Source of the DNA: an uncultured Clostridia bacterium
Lineage (GTDB): Bacteria > Bacillota > Clostridia > Christensenellales > UBA1242
Reading direction: 5' to 3'
Length of the DNA stretch: 64,000 nt
NCBI GenBank assembly: GCA_944381135.1
Contig: CALWJY010000001.1
Location: 4,378 to 68,377, forward strand
A program made the translations under genes and the position numbers. Position 1 is the first letter of the stretch, and every line of letters starts with the position of its first letter. The notes beneath the pieces were generated by a model. The model saw nothing but the letters and a program-made list of their open reading frames with translations. It was not told the DNA's origin and did not search any database. Shown here one piece after another: positions 51,791-61,148 of this stretch.

Positions 51791-53103
51791 TGGCATTATT
51801 TTCATCGTTATCTGAAAAATTCAACCATATTTTTTCAAAGCTCACAAAGCGCGGGAAATTGACTGAACTTGAAATCAAGGAAGCTATGCGTGAAGTGCGC
51901 ATTGCACTTTTGGAAGCTGATGTCAACTATATGGTGGCAAAAAAGTTTGTTGCTGATGTTTCTGAAAAGGCTTGTGGCGAAGAGGTCATGAAAAGTCTCA
52001 CGCCGGGGCAGATGGTCATCAAAATTGTCAAGGACGAACTGACAAAATTGATTTCTTCTGACAATCAAAAGTTGACAATTGCTTCAAATCCGCCAACCAT
52101 AATCATGATGTGTGGGTTGCAAGGTGCTGGAAAAACAACCATGTGCGGAAAACTTGCGGCTTATTTGAAGAAAAGTGGCAAAAAACCATTGCTTGTGGCT
52201 TGTGACATCTATCGTCCTGCAGCAATCAACCAACTTCAAGTTGTCGGAAAAACTGCAAATGTTGAGGTTTTTGAGCGTGGAACTCAAAATCCGGTCAAAA
52301 CCGCAAAGCAGGCCGTTGAGCATGCTCGAAAACAAGGCTTTGATGTTGTCATAATTGACACGGCTGGGCGTTTGCACATCAATCAAGAGTTGATGGACGA
52401 ACTTAAAGAAATCAAAAAAGAAGTCAAGCCTCATGAAATCTTGCTTATTGTTGACGCAATGACAGGACAAGACGCTGTCACGATTGCTGAAAGTTTCAAC
52501 AAAGATTTGGACATCACAGGCGTTGTTTTGACAAAACTTGACGGCGACACACGAGGCGGTGCGGCACTTTCAATCAAAGCAATCACAGGCAAACCAATCA
52601 AATTCTCGGGCGTTGGAGAAAAAATTGGAGACCTCGAACCATTTCATCCAGACAGAATTGCAAGTCGAATTCTTGGAATGGGCGATGTGCTTTCGCTCAT
52701 TGAAAAAGCACAAGAGGCTGTGACGGAAGAGGAAGCGCGCAAGATGACAGAGAAGTTGCGCGAAAACTCATTCACTTTTGAGGACTATCTCACGCAAATG
52801 GAAAGTCTGAAAAAGATGGGAAGTTTGCAAGACATCATAGGCATGATTCCGGGGCTTTCAAGCAAGATGAAAGGCGTGACAATTGATGAAAAACAATTGC
52901 AGACAAACAAAGCAATCATCCAAAGCATGACCAGAGAAGAACGCTTGAACCCAGACATCATCAAGGCAAGCAGGCGCAAGAGAATTGCACAAGGAAGTGG
53001 AACAACAATTCAGCAGGTCAACACTCTTCTCAAGCAATTTGAGCAGTCAAAGGAAATGATGAAGATGATGAAAAACAAGAAAGGCTTGCGTGGATTGTTT
53101 TAG
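51790..53103 (+). CDS. ffh: signal recognition particle protein
   Basis: GLQGAGKTT, DTAGR, TKLDGD, Met-rich M domain. Confidence 0.99.
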   Translation: MALFSSLSEKFNHIFSKLTKRGKLTELEIKEAMREVRIALLEADVNYMVAKKFVADVSEKACGEEVMKSLTPGQMVIKIVKDELTKLISSDNQKLTIASNPPTIIMMCGLQGAGKTTMCGKLAAYLKKSGKKPLLVACDIYRPAAINQLQVVGKTANVEVFERGTQNPVKTAKQAVEHARKQGFDVVIIDTAGRLHINQELMDELKEIKKEVKPHEILLIVDAMTGQDAVTIAESFNKDLDITGVVLTKLDGDTRGGAALSIKAITGKPIKFSGVGEKIGDLEPFHPDRIASRILGMGDVLSLIEKAQEAVTEEEARKMTEKLRENSFTFEDYLTQMESLKKMGSLQDIIGMIPGLSSKMKGVTIDEKQLQTNKAIIQSMTREERLNPDIIKASRRKRIAQGSGTTIQQVNTLLKQFEQSKEMMKMMKNKKGLRGLF

Positions 53104-53303
53104 AAACACGGAAAGCACAAAGACGGCAAAATTTTTTATAACTCAAAGACAAGATCTTTGATTTATATAATGCAATTTGACAAGTTGACAAAAGTTTAAA
53201 GCAAATAGGAAACCGTGGGCGGTGAATTTATGAAGACGCGTCGAATAATTGCAATTCGAAAGAGAAAATCTTTCAAAAATTTCAAATAAAAGGAGAGACG
53301 AAA

Positions 53304-53567
53304 ATGGCTGTAAAAATCAGACTTACAAGAATGGGAGACAAAAAATCACCTTTCTATCGTGTTGTTGTTGCTGATTCAAGAAGTCCAAGAGACGGCAAAT
53401 ATATCGATTTGATTGGAACATACAATCCACTCACAAATCCTGCCGAAATCAAGATTGACAACGAAAAGGCACAAAAATGGCTCAAAAATGGTGCAACTCC
53501 AACAGAGACTGCAAAATCCATTTTGGTTAAGAGCGGTGCAATCAGTTCAGAATCTGAAAACAAATAA
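53304..53567 (+). CDS. rpsP: 30S ribosomal protein S16
   Basis: [27 protein letters not shown]. Confidence 0.99.
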   Translation: MAVKIRLTRMGDKKSPFYRVVVADSRSPRDGKYIDLIGTYNPLTNPAEIKIDNEKAQKWLKNGATPTETAKSILVKSGAISSESENK

Positions 53568-53587
53568 CTTTCAGAAAGGAGAAAGAT

Positions 53588-53818
53588 ATGGACGAACTTT
53601 TGAAATTTTTGGTGAAGAGCCTTGTCGAAAATGAAGAGGCTGTTGAAGTGACCAAAGAAGAGGACGAAAAGGCAATCACCTATCGTGTCAAAGTTGCAGA
53701 AAACGACCTTGGCAAAGTGATTGGAAAAAACGGAAAAACCGCAATGAGCATAAGAACCATCATCAAGTCAATTGCAAACAAACTTCATAAGAAAGTTTTT
53801 GTGAAGTTTGAGGACTGA
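53588..53818 (+). CDS. khpA: KH-domain RNA-binding protein (KhpA/YlqC)
   Basis: DLGKVIGKNG; between rpsP and rimM. Confidence 0.92.
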   Translation: MDELLKFLVKSLVENEEAVEVTKEEDEKAITYRVKVAENDLGKVIGKNGKTAMSIRTIIKSIANKLHKKVFVKFED

Positions 53819-53855
53819 TTTTTGGATCGAATTTGGAATTGATTTGGGGACGCTT

Positions 53856-54353
53856 ATGGATTTCGTTTGTGTTGGAAAAATCATAAAACCGCAGGGTATC
53901 AAAGGGGAAGTGAAAATTCTTCCTCTAATTGATATTCCTGCGATTTTTAATGGCAAGCATTCACTTTACATTGAGAAAAAAGAAAGCAAAACAAAGAGTG
54001 TATCCTATCGTTTGGGATATGCTTATGTTCATTTTGAAGAGATTGCGGACAGAAATGTTGCAGAGAAATATCGCAACAAAAAAGTTTACATCACAAAAGA
54101 AGAATTCGAAAAGATTGCGGTTGATGATTTTCTCATTGAAGATTTAGTTGGCACATTGATTTATGATGAAAAAGGCGAATATGTTGGGCAGATTATGGAT
54201 GTGACTGACTATGGTTTTGACGACATTATCATAATCAAAGAAAATGACCATCTCTATGAAGTGCCTTTCAGAAAGGAAATTTTCAAAACAGAAGGCAAGA
54301 GAATTTATGTGATCAGAGCCGAATTTGATGGAGCAAAAATTCCTGAAGAATAA
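53856..54353 (+). CDS. rimM: 16S rRNA processing protein RimM
   Basis: GKIIKPQGIKGEVK, DRNVAE, DLVG. Start taken at ATG 53856. Confidence 0.93.
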   Translation: MDFVCVGKIIKPQGIKGEVKILPLIDIPAIFNGKHSLYIEKKESKTKSVSYRLGYAYVHFEEIADRNVAEKYRNKKVYITKEEFEKIAVDDFLIEDLVGTLIYDEKGEYVGQIMDVTDYGFDDIIIIKENDHLYEVPFRKEIFKTEGKRIYVIRAEFDGAKIPEE

Positions 54354-54480
54354 AGTTGTTTTTGCTTTTGAAATCAGTTTGTGTGATGACTTGTCTGTTG
54401 ATGGGAGGGGAATGAGCGCTTATCTCATCAATTTTAAATGACAATTCTGACATTTTGAAATTGAATTGACAAATTGACTG

Positions 54481-55245
54481 ATGAAAGATGAGAGGAAAAG
54501 ATTGAAGATTGACATTTTGACGCTTTTTCCAGACGCTTTTGCACCTCTTCAAACAAGCATTTTAAACAGGGCGCAAGAAGCGGGGAAATTGCAAATTAAC
54601 ACTGTTAACATCAGAGATTTTTCAAAGGATAAACACAAAAAATGTGATGACTATCCTTTCGGTGGTGGGGCAGGCATGTTGATGACTGTCCAGCCTCTTT
54701 TTGACGCAATTATGTCGGTTTGCAAAGATGAGATTGAAGAAGAAAAAGCAAAAAAAGCAGAAGAAAACGCAACCAAGTTTGTTTTGAAAAAAGGGACAAA
54801 AATCATTTTTCCATCTCCATCAGGGGAGGTGCTGACAGCAAAGAAAGGTGAAAGTCTTTCCAAGTTTAAACATTTGATTTTTGTTTGTGGGCACTATGAG
54901 GGTGTTGACGAAAGACTTTTCGACCTTTTTCCAATTGAGCAAATTTCAATTGGCGACTATGTTTTGACCGGTGGAGAACTTCCAACAATGGTCATCATTG
55001 ACACCTTGTCGCGTTTTGTTGATGGAGTGATTTCAAAAGAAAGTTTGGAAAATGAAAGCTTTTCAAATGGGTTGTTGGAATATCCGCAATACACAAGACC
55101 TCAAACATTTATGGGGCTTTCTGTGCCTGAAGTGCTTGTTTCGGGCAATCATCAGGAGGTGGACAAGTGGCGCGAAGAACAAAGTTTGAAAAGAACAAAA
55201 TCAAGAAGAAAAGACTTGCTTGAAAAATTTAAACGCGAAAACTGA
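54481..55245 (+). CDS. trmD: tRNA (guanine37-N1)-methyltransferase
   Basis: ILTLFP, DDYPFGGGAGM, CGHYEGVDER, SIGDYVLTGGE. Confidence 0.98.
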   Translation: MKDERKRLKIDILTLFPDAFAPLQTSILNRAQEAGKLQINTVNIRDFSKDKHKKCDDYPFGGGAGMLMTVQPLFDAIMSVCKDEIEEEKAKKAEENATKFVLKKGTKIIFPSPSGEVLTAKKGESLSKFKHLIFVCGHYEGVDERLFDLFPIEQISIGDYVLTGGELPTMVIIDTLSRFVDGVISKESLENESFSNGLLEYPQYTRPQTFMGLSVPEVLVSGNHQEVDKWREEQSLKRTKSRRKDLLEKFKREN

Positions 55246-55253
55246 AAATAATA

Positions 55254-55312
55254 TGCATACAACATAAAGTGTATTATGTATGCATACCACACAAAATGCT
55301 GTGTATTATGCA
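55254..55312. repeat. palindromic repeat family, copy C
   Basis: TGCATACAACA..GTGTATTATGTA, then TGCATACCACAC-aaaatgct-GTGTATTATGCA. Confidence 0.7.
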
Positions 55313-55397
55313 AGTTTTTCCAATCATGCAAAAATTTGACATTGTTTTAAAATTGAAACAAAATTTTGAAATGAAAAAATAAGAAATTGAGGAATTT

Positions 55398-56210
55398 ATG
55401 AAAATCAATTGGTTTCCTGGACATATGAATAAAGCTTTGAGAGACATAAGTGAACAATGCAAAAAAGTTGATGTTGTCACTTATGTGCTTGACGCACGCA
55501 TTCCTCTTTCTTCTGTGAATCCAAGCCTTGACAAACTGACACAAAACAAACCGACACTCTATGTTTTCAACAAAATTGATTTGGCAGATGAAAACAGGCT
55601 GAAAGCAATTTTGCCACAGTTTCGAAGCATAACAACTGATTTTGTGTTGTTTGACAGCACAAAACTTGGGAAAAATTCGGTTGTTTTAAGCAAAATTAAG
55701 ACGCTTGCGAAAACCAAACTTGACAAATATGCAAGCAAAGGAATTAAGGCAACAATCAGAACGATGGTTGTTGGCATTCCAAATTGTGGCAAAAGCACTT
55801 TGGTGAACAACTTATGCAAAAAAGCAAAAACTGTCACAGGCAATCGCGCGGGAGTGACAAAGCGTGGACAATGGTTGAATGTTGCTGATTGCATTGAAGT
55901 TTATGACACACCCGGCACACTTTATCCAAACATTGAAAATCAAGAAATTGCAAAGAGGTTGGCATATGTGGGAAGTGTTCGTGATGAAATTCTTGATTTT
56001 GTTGAACTTGGAAACGAGTTTTTGAAACTTCTTGCTTCAACATATCCAGACTTGTTGCAGAAAAGATATGGCAATGCTCAGACAGTTGAGGATGTGGCAA
56101 AACTCAGAAAATATGTGTCAAACGGTGGTGAGATTGACCTGGAGCGTGCAGGTAGAGTGATTATTGACGATTTCCGAAAGGGGAGAATTGGAAAAATCAC
56201 ATTAGACTGA
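55398..56210 (+). CDS. rbgA: ribosome biogenesis GTPase RbgA/YlqF
   Basis: INWFPGHM, DARIP, NKID, GIPNCGKS, DTPG. Confidence 0.95.
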   Translation: MKINWFPGHMNKALRDISEQCKKVDVVTYVLDARIPLSSVNPSLDKLTQNKPTLYVFNKIDLADENRLKAILPQFRSITTDFVLFDSTKLGKNSVVLSKIKTLAKTKLDKYASKGIKATIRTMVVGIPNCGKSTLVNNLCKKAKTVTGNRAGVTKRGQWLNVADCIEVYDTPGTLYPNIENQEIAKRLAYVGSVRDEILDFVELGNEFLKLLASTYPDLLQKRYGNAQTVEDVAKLRKYVSNGGEIDLERAGRVIIDDFRKGRIGKITLD

Positions 56211-56329
56211 AGCTTAAAATCTTTTTAAAAACCGAACAAAAAAATGTATCACTAAGATTCAAAAGATTTTTGCGGTTGTTTTTTGAAATTTGATTGAAGT
56301 TTTTATTAAAAGTGTTGAAAGAGGTTTGC

Positions 56330-56698
56330 ATGAAAGCATACGAAAAAGACGTTTCCAAAATGAAAAACAAAATTGAGGGTGAGGGCGGAGAAATCAGCGC
56401 TACTCAATTTTTGATTGATGAGGGCTATAGAATTTTGCAAACAAATTTCAAAACGAAATTTGGAGAGATTGATATTGTGGCTTTCAAAGACGGCGTGATT
56501 GTTTTCGTGGAAGTGAAACGCCGTTCAACTTTGGCATATGGAAGACCGATTGAGGCTGTCGACTTCCGTAAGCAACAAAAAATCAGAAAGGTTGCGGAGT
56601 TCTATCTGATGATGAAACACAAACCCTATGCCGATTGTCGATTTGATGTGATTGAAATTTTGGACAAACAAATCAACCATGTTGAAAATGCTTTTTAA
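56330..56698 (+). CDS. YraN family putative endonuclease
   Basis: GEIDIV, FVEVKRR, RFDVI, ENAF. Start taken at ATG 56330. Confidence 0.92.
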   Translation: MKAYEKDVSKMKNKIEGEGGEISATQFLIDEGYRILQTNFKTKFGEIDIVAFKDGVIVFVEVKRRSTLAYGRPIEAVDFRKQQKIRKVAEFYLMMKHKPYADCRFDVIEILDKQINHVENAF

Positions 56699-56833
56699 AT
56701 TCATTTTAACTTTCTTAATAACTGTTTAAGTGCGATTTTAGTTATAAAAAAATAATCTTATCATGTTGTTAAAATTTTTCACCAAATGTTTCAGGAATGA
56801 AACATTTTTTTTGTTTTGTCATATTTATTTGGT

Positions 56834-58021
56834 ATGAAGAAAAAAATTGCACTTATTTATGGCGGTGAAAGTGTGGAGCATGACATATCCATCATCACCG
56901 CACTGCAGGTTGTGAAAAGTTTGCCACCACAACTTGATTTTGTTTTGATTTACATAGACCGCACGGGCAAATGGTGGACGGCTGACAATCTTGACGACAT
57001 AAAGATTTATGAAGATTTCCGCAAATTTGCAAAAAGTTTGAGGCAAGTTTCGCTGGTGATGGGAGAAAATAATTTGTTTATAAAAAAACACGGAAAGTTT
57101 GTTTATTGGCAAAAATTGTCTGCGGTTTTAAATTGTTGCCATGGCAGAATTGGAGAAGATGGCTCTCTTCAAGGGGTGTTTCGTGCCTGCAAAATTGCAC
57201 AAAGTTCTGCGGGAGTGCTTTCGTCTGCATTGTGTATGGATAAGGCACTCATGAAAGATGTTTTCATTGCAAATGGAATTGAAACACCTGAATTTGTTTG
57301 TCTGAAAAAAGACGATTTTAATGCTTCAATAGAAAATCAACTTGAGGAAGAGGCTTGTCATAAAACGGATGGCAAAACAAAAGATGAGCGCGTCCAAATG
57401 CAGGCAATTCAAAACATCACTGAAAAGTTGGAATTTCCTTTGATTGTCAAGCCTGCAAATTTGGGAAGTTCAATTGCAATTTCTGTTTGTAAGAATGAAA
57501 GCGAACTTGCTGAAGCAATTGAACTGTCTTTCAATTTTGACAAAAAAGTTGTCATCGAAAAATTGGTGGAGAATTTGCAAGAGTTTAATTGTGCGTGCTT
57601 GTCTTATAAGGGAGATTTTGTGCTTTCGTCTGTTTCGGAGGTGACAAATAAGGGCGAAATCTATTCCTTTGATGACAAATATCTTTCACGCGAAAGCAAA
57701 AATCAGGAGGTCGAAAAAGAACTTGCGCAAAAAATTAAAGATTTGACAGAGAAGGTCTATAAAACCTTTGATTGCCAAGGAATTGTGCGCGTGGATTTTC
57801 TTTTTGACCAAAAGACCAAAACGCTTTATGTCAATGAAATCAATTCCATTCCGGGTTCTTTGGCATTCTATCTTTTTAAAGATGTGACATTCAAAGAATT
57901 GATTTTCGCCGTGATTGAACAGAGTTTGCTTGACGAGGAGAGTGAGGAAAAACTGATTAAATCTTTTGACAGCGATGCACTTAAAACTTTCGAAAATGTC
58001 AGCGGGAAGATGAAAAAATGA
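56834..58021 (+). CDS. ddl: D-alanine--D-alanine ligase family protein
   Basis: YGGESVEHDIS, HGRIGEDG, VKPANLGSS, EINSIPG. Start taken at ATG 56834. Confidence 0.9.
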   Translation: MKKKIALIYGGESVEHDISIITALQVVKSLPPQLDFVLIYIDRTGKWWTADNLDDIKIYEDFRKFAKSLRQVSLVMGENNLFIKKHGKFVYWQKLSAVLNCCHGRIGEDGSLQGVFRACKIAQSSAGVLSSALCMDKALMKDVFIANGIETPEFVCLKKDDFNASIENQLEEEACHKTDGKTKDERVQMQAIQNITEKLEFPLIVKPANLGSSIAISVCKNESELAEAIELSFNFDKKVVIEKLVENLQEFNCACLSYKGDFVLSSVSEVTNKGEIYSFDDKYLSRESKNQEVEKELAQKIKDLTEKVYKTFDCQGIVRVDFLFDQKTKTLYVNEINSIPGSLAFYLFKDVTFKELIFAVIEQSLLDEESEEKLIKSFDSDALKTFENVSGKMKK

Positions 58022-58030
58022 AAAGATTTT

Positions 58031-58172
58031 GTGGTTTTATGCAGTGTAGACAAACATGAACGCGGTGTATAAGCGGTTTTATACAGTGTAGACAAACATG
58101 GCACTGTGCATAAGTGGTTTTATGCAATGCATGCGAACATAGGTCTGTGCATAAATTGGGCGCTGTGCATAA
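58031..58172. repeat. three tandem 41-42 bp imperfect palindromic units plus a partial fourth
   Basis: Units start at 58031, 58073 and 58114 (GYGGTTTTATRCA...TGYATAA). Confidence 0.8.
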
Positions 58173-58251
58173 TATGTCGATTTGAAACTTTTTTTGACTT
58201 TGCATCAACATATCAATTTTTTCGTATTAAAATGGCTTTAAAGGAGAGAAT

Positions 58252-59712
58252 ATGGTTCTTGAAAAAATCATTTCATCAGATTTTCGTGCTCAGGGGTTGA
58301 AACCAGAAGATTTCAGTTTGGATGTTCCTGGTTTAAGCCGTGACAGCAGAACGACAAAGAAAGGTGACGCGTTTTTCTGCTTGACTGAAGATGAAACTTT
58401 GGCACGAGAGCGTTGCACTCAAGCCAAGAAGAATGGGGCAAGTGTCGTTTTTTCAAATTTTGATTTTCCAGATGTGATTAAGGTTGAAGATGCTCGAGAC
58501 GCGTTTGCCAAGGCTTGTGCAAATTTTTACGAGCGCGTTTGCGACAAAATGAAGATTATTGGTTTGACAGGAACCAACGGCAAGACAACCACAACGCATT
58601 TGATTGCCGAAATTCTCAATCGAAATGGAAAAAAATCTGGCGTGATTGGCACAAACGGAGTTTTTTTTGACAATAAAACAAAACATTGTCCTCTCACAAC
58701 GCCAGATGCAGATTTTTTGCACAAAACATTCAAAGAAATGCACGAGGCAGGTGTGGAATTTGTTGTTATGGAAGTTTCCGCACATGCAATTGCACAGAAG
58801 CGCATAAATGGAATCAATTTTGAGATTGGAATGTTGACCAACATCACGCAGGACCACTTGGACTATTTCAAAACTTTTGAAAAATACGAAAAAACAAAAC
58901 TAAGTTTTTTCACAAAAAATCACATGAAAAAAGCGGTGGTGTGTTCTGACGATTTGTCGGCTTGCAAACTTTTGAGAAACTGTGATGTGCCAATTGTGAC
59001 CTATGGTCTCAAAAACCCAAGTGATACATTTGCCATTGATGTTTGTTGTTCCATTCAAGGCACGCACTTTGTTGGAAATGTGTGTGATGAGGTTGTCAAC
59101 ATAAAGACCAATTTGATTGGTGACTATAATGTTTTAAACAGTCTTGGGGCAATGGCGGTTTGTCACAGTCTTGGTCTTGATGGCAAGCAGTTGGAACAGG
59201 GGCTCAATTATGTCTATCCAATTGAGGGAAGATTTAATGTCATAAATTTCACAGGGAAAAACATTGTCATTGATTTTGCACATTCGCCAGATGGTTTGAA
59301 AAAAGTGTTGGAGACAGCCAAAACATTGACAGAAGGGAAGCTTTTTGTTGTGTTTGGATGTGGCGGAAACAGAGACAGGGGCAAACGGCACAAGATGGGG
59401 AAAATTGCCGAAGAGTTTGCTGATGTTGTGTGTCTGACCGATGACAATCCGCGAATGGAAAAATCGGAGGACATCATTGCTGACATCGAAATGGGTATGA
59501 AAAAAAGTCATTTTGTCATACCGGACAGAACAACAGCAATTCGGACAATGATTGACGAAGCAAAGCCCGGAGATGTGCTTGTGATTGCAGGAAAGGGCGC
59601 GGAAAAATTCCAAGAGGTTGGAGAAGAAAAGAAACCTTATAATGATTTTGATGCGGTGTATCAATATTTCAAAGAAAGCGACCCAATTTTAAATCGTGGA
59701 AAAGAATATTGA
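58252..59712 (+). CDS. murE: UDP-MurNAc-tripeptide synthetase (meso-DAP type)
   Basis: TGTNGKTT, MEVSAH, DHLDY, DFAHSPDG, DNPR specificity motif. Confidence 0.96.
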   Translation: MVLEKIISSDFRAQGLKPEDFSLDVPGLSRDSRTTKKGDAFFCLTEDETLARERCTQAKKNGASVVFSNFDFPDVIKVEDARDAFAKACANFYERVCDKMKIIGLTGTNGKTTTTHLIAEILNRNGKKSGVIGTNGVFFDNKTKHCPLTTPDADFLHKTFKEMHEAGVEFVVMEVSAHAIAQKRINGINFEIGMLTNITQDHLDYFKTFEKYEKTKLSFFTKNHMKKAVVCSDDLSACKLLRNCDVPIVTYGLKNPSDTFAIDVCCSIQGTHFVGNVCDEVVNIKTNLIGDYNVLNSLGAMAVCHSLGLDGKQLEQGLNYVYPIEGRFNVINFTGKNIVIDFAHSPDGLKKVLETAKTLTEGKLFVVFGCGGNRDRGKRHKMGKIAEEFADVVCLTDDNPRMEKSEDIIADIEMGMKKSHFVIPDRTTAIRTMIDEAKPGDVLVIAGKGAEKFQEVGEEKKPYNDFDAVYQYFKESDPILNRGKEY

Positions 59713-60165
59713 TTTTAAAATCAAGTAAGTCATGGAATTTGCGAAGACTTGCGCGTAAAACTTGAGAAAAGATAAAAAGACAAAACAACAAAATTGAAAA
59801 TATAAAAAACAAATAAATAAAAAATTAAATTAAATTTAAAAACGATTTAATAGAAACAAAAATTAACATAAATTAAAAAAGATTAATAAAAAATTAATAA
59901 AAATTAATAAAATTTAAATTCTAAATAAAAATATTAATAACTTTATTTTAAACAATTAATCATTCGACAAATTCTGACAAAAAAATGATTGAATCAAAAT
60001 TATTAATATAGAAAAAAATTAGTTTAAAAATTAATTTAAAACTAAAAATTGAAAATTATTAAAAATAAATAATTTAATTATATTTTGAATTTTTGAATAT
60101 ATTAAATATGAATTTTATCATTGTTTTTTTAATTGGAAAAATTTCAATATGTTGGAGGTGAAACG

Positions 60166-61131
60166 ATGACTGTCAAATTTCTGCTTTGTGGGCTGTGCTG
60201 TTTGATTTTTGCAAGTCTAATTTCTCCGGTTGTGCTTTGGTTTTGCAAAAAGATGCATGCTTCACAAAGCATTTTGCACTATGTGGACAAGCACGCGTCA
60301 AAAGAGGGAACTCCAACCATGGGTGGATTTATTTTCATTTTGACCCTAATCTTCTCATGTTTCTTTATGTTTTCCGAAAATTCATTTTTGGCATGGTTTG
60401 CGCTTGCAGTTACGCTTGCTTATGCTCTTTTGGGTTTTCTTGATGATTTTCTGAAAGTGCACTATCATCACAACGAGGGTTTGAAGCCATATCAAAAAAT
60501 CATTGGACAAGTTGGCATTGCAGTGATTGTTGCTGTTTTTCTTTTTCTGTCCGAACGGACAGCCCTCACATTTTTCAATCTTCAATTCGACATTGGATGG
60601 GGTGTCATTCCGCTTGTCATTTTGGTGCTTGTGGCAACAGTAAACAGTGTCAATTTGACAGATGGGCTTGATGGGCTTGCTGGTGTGGTGAGTTTTGTTT
60701 ATGTGCTTGTGTTTGGGGTGATTTTGGCGCTTGTTGGAACAGTTGAGATGTCAAACATGGCAATGCTGTGTTTTGGTTTGTGTGGCGGAATTTTGGGATT
60801 TTTGATGTTCAATTGTTTTCCCGCAAAAATTTTTATGGGCGACACTGGCTCGTTGGCGCTTGGAGGATTTATTGGCGTGATTGCAGTTTTGGGTGGGTTG
60901 GAACTTTTGCTTCCAATCATGGGGGTTATGTTTGTGCTTTCTGCGCTCTCTGACATAATTCAAGTTTTGCACTATAAACGCACAAAGAGGAGAGTGTTTT
61001 TGATGGCACCACTTCATCATCATTTTGAGCAAAAAGGCGTGCATGAAAATCGAATTGTTGTCGTATATATGGTTATAACAACAGCGATGTGCATTGGTGT
61101 TCTTGCGGGGGTGATTGCTGTTGGAATTTAG
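60166..61131 (+). CDS. mraY: phospho-MurNAc-pentapeptide transferase
   Basis: KEGTPTMGG, NLTDGLDGL, FMGDTGS, APLHHHFE; GGAGG RBS. Confidence 0.97.
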   Translation: MTVKFLLCGLCCLIFASLISPVVLWFCKKMHASQSILHYVDKHASKEGTPTMGGFIFILTLIFSCFFMFSENSFLAWFALAVTLAYALLGFLDDFLKVHYHHNEGLKPYQKIIGQVGIAVIVAVFLFLSERTALTFFNLQFDIGWGVIPLVILVLVATVNSVNLTDGLDGLAGVVSFVYVLVFGVILALVGTVEMSNMAMLCFGLCGGILGFLMFNCFPAKIFMGDTGSLALGGFIGVIAVLGGLELLLPIMGVMFVLSALSDIIQVLHYKRTKRRVFLMAPLHHHFEQKGVHENRIVVVYMVITTAMCIGVLAGVIAVGI

Positions 61132-61148
61132 CCAAAGGTGCACAAAAC

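Noticed and set aside
56834-58021. Van-type glycopeptide-resistance ligase
   Set aside because: No vanH/X/Y/R/S neighbours, the omega-loop region ends in DKY as in D-Ala-D-Ala ligases, and it sits in the mur cluster.
58031-58172. CRISPR array
   Set aside because: The units are similar over their whole length, so there are no unique spacers.
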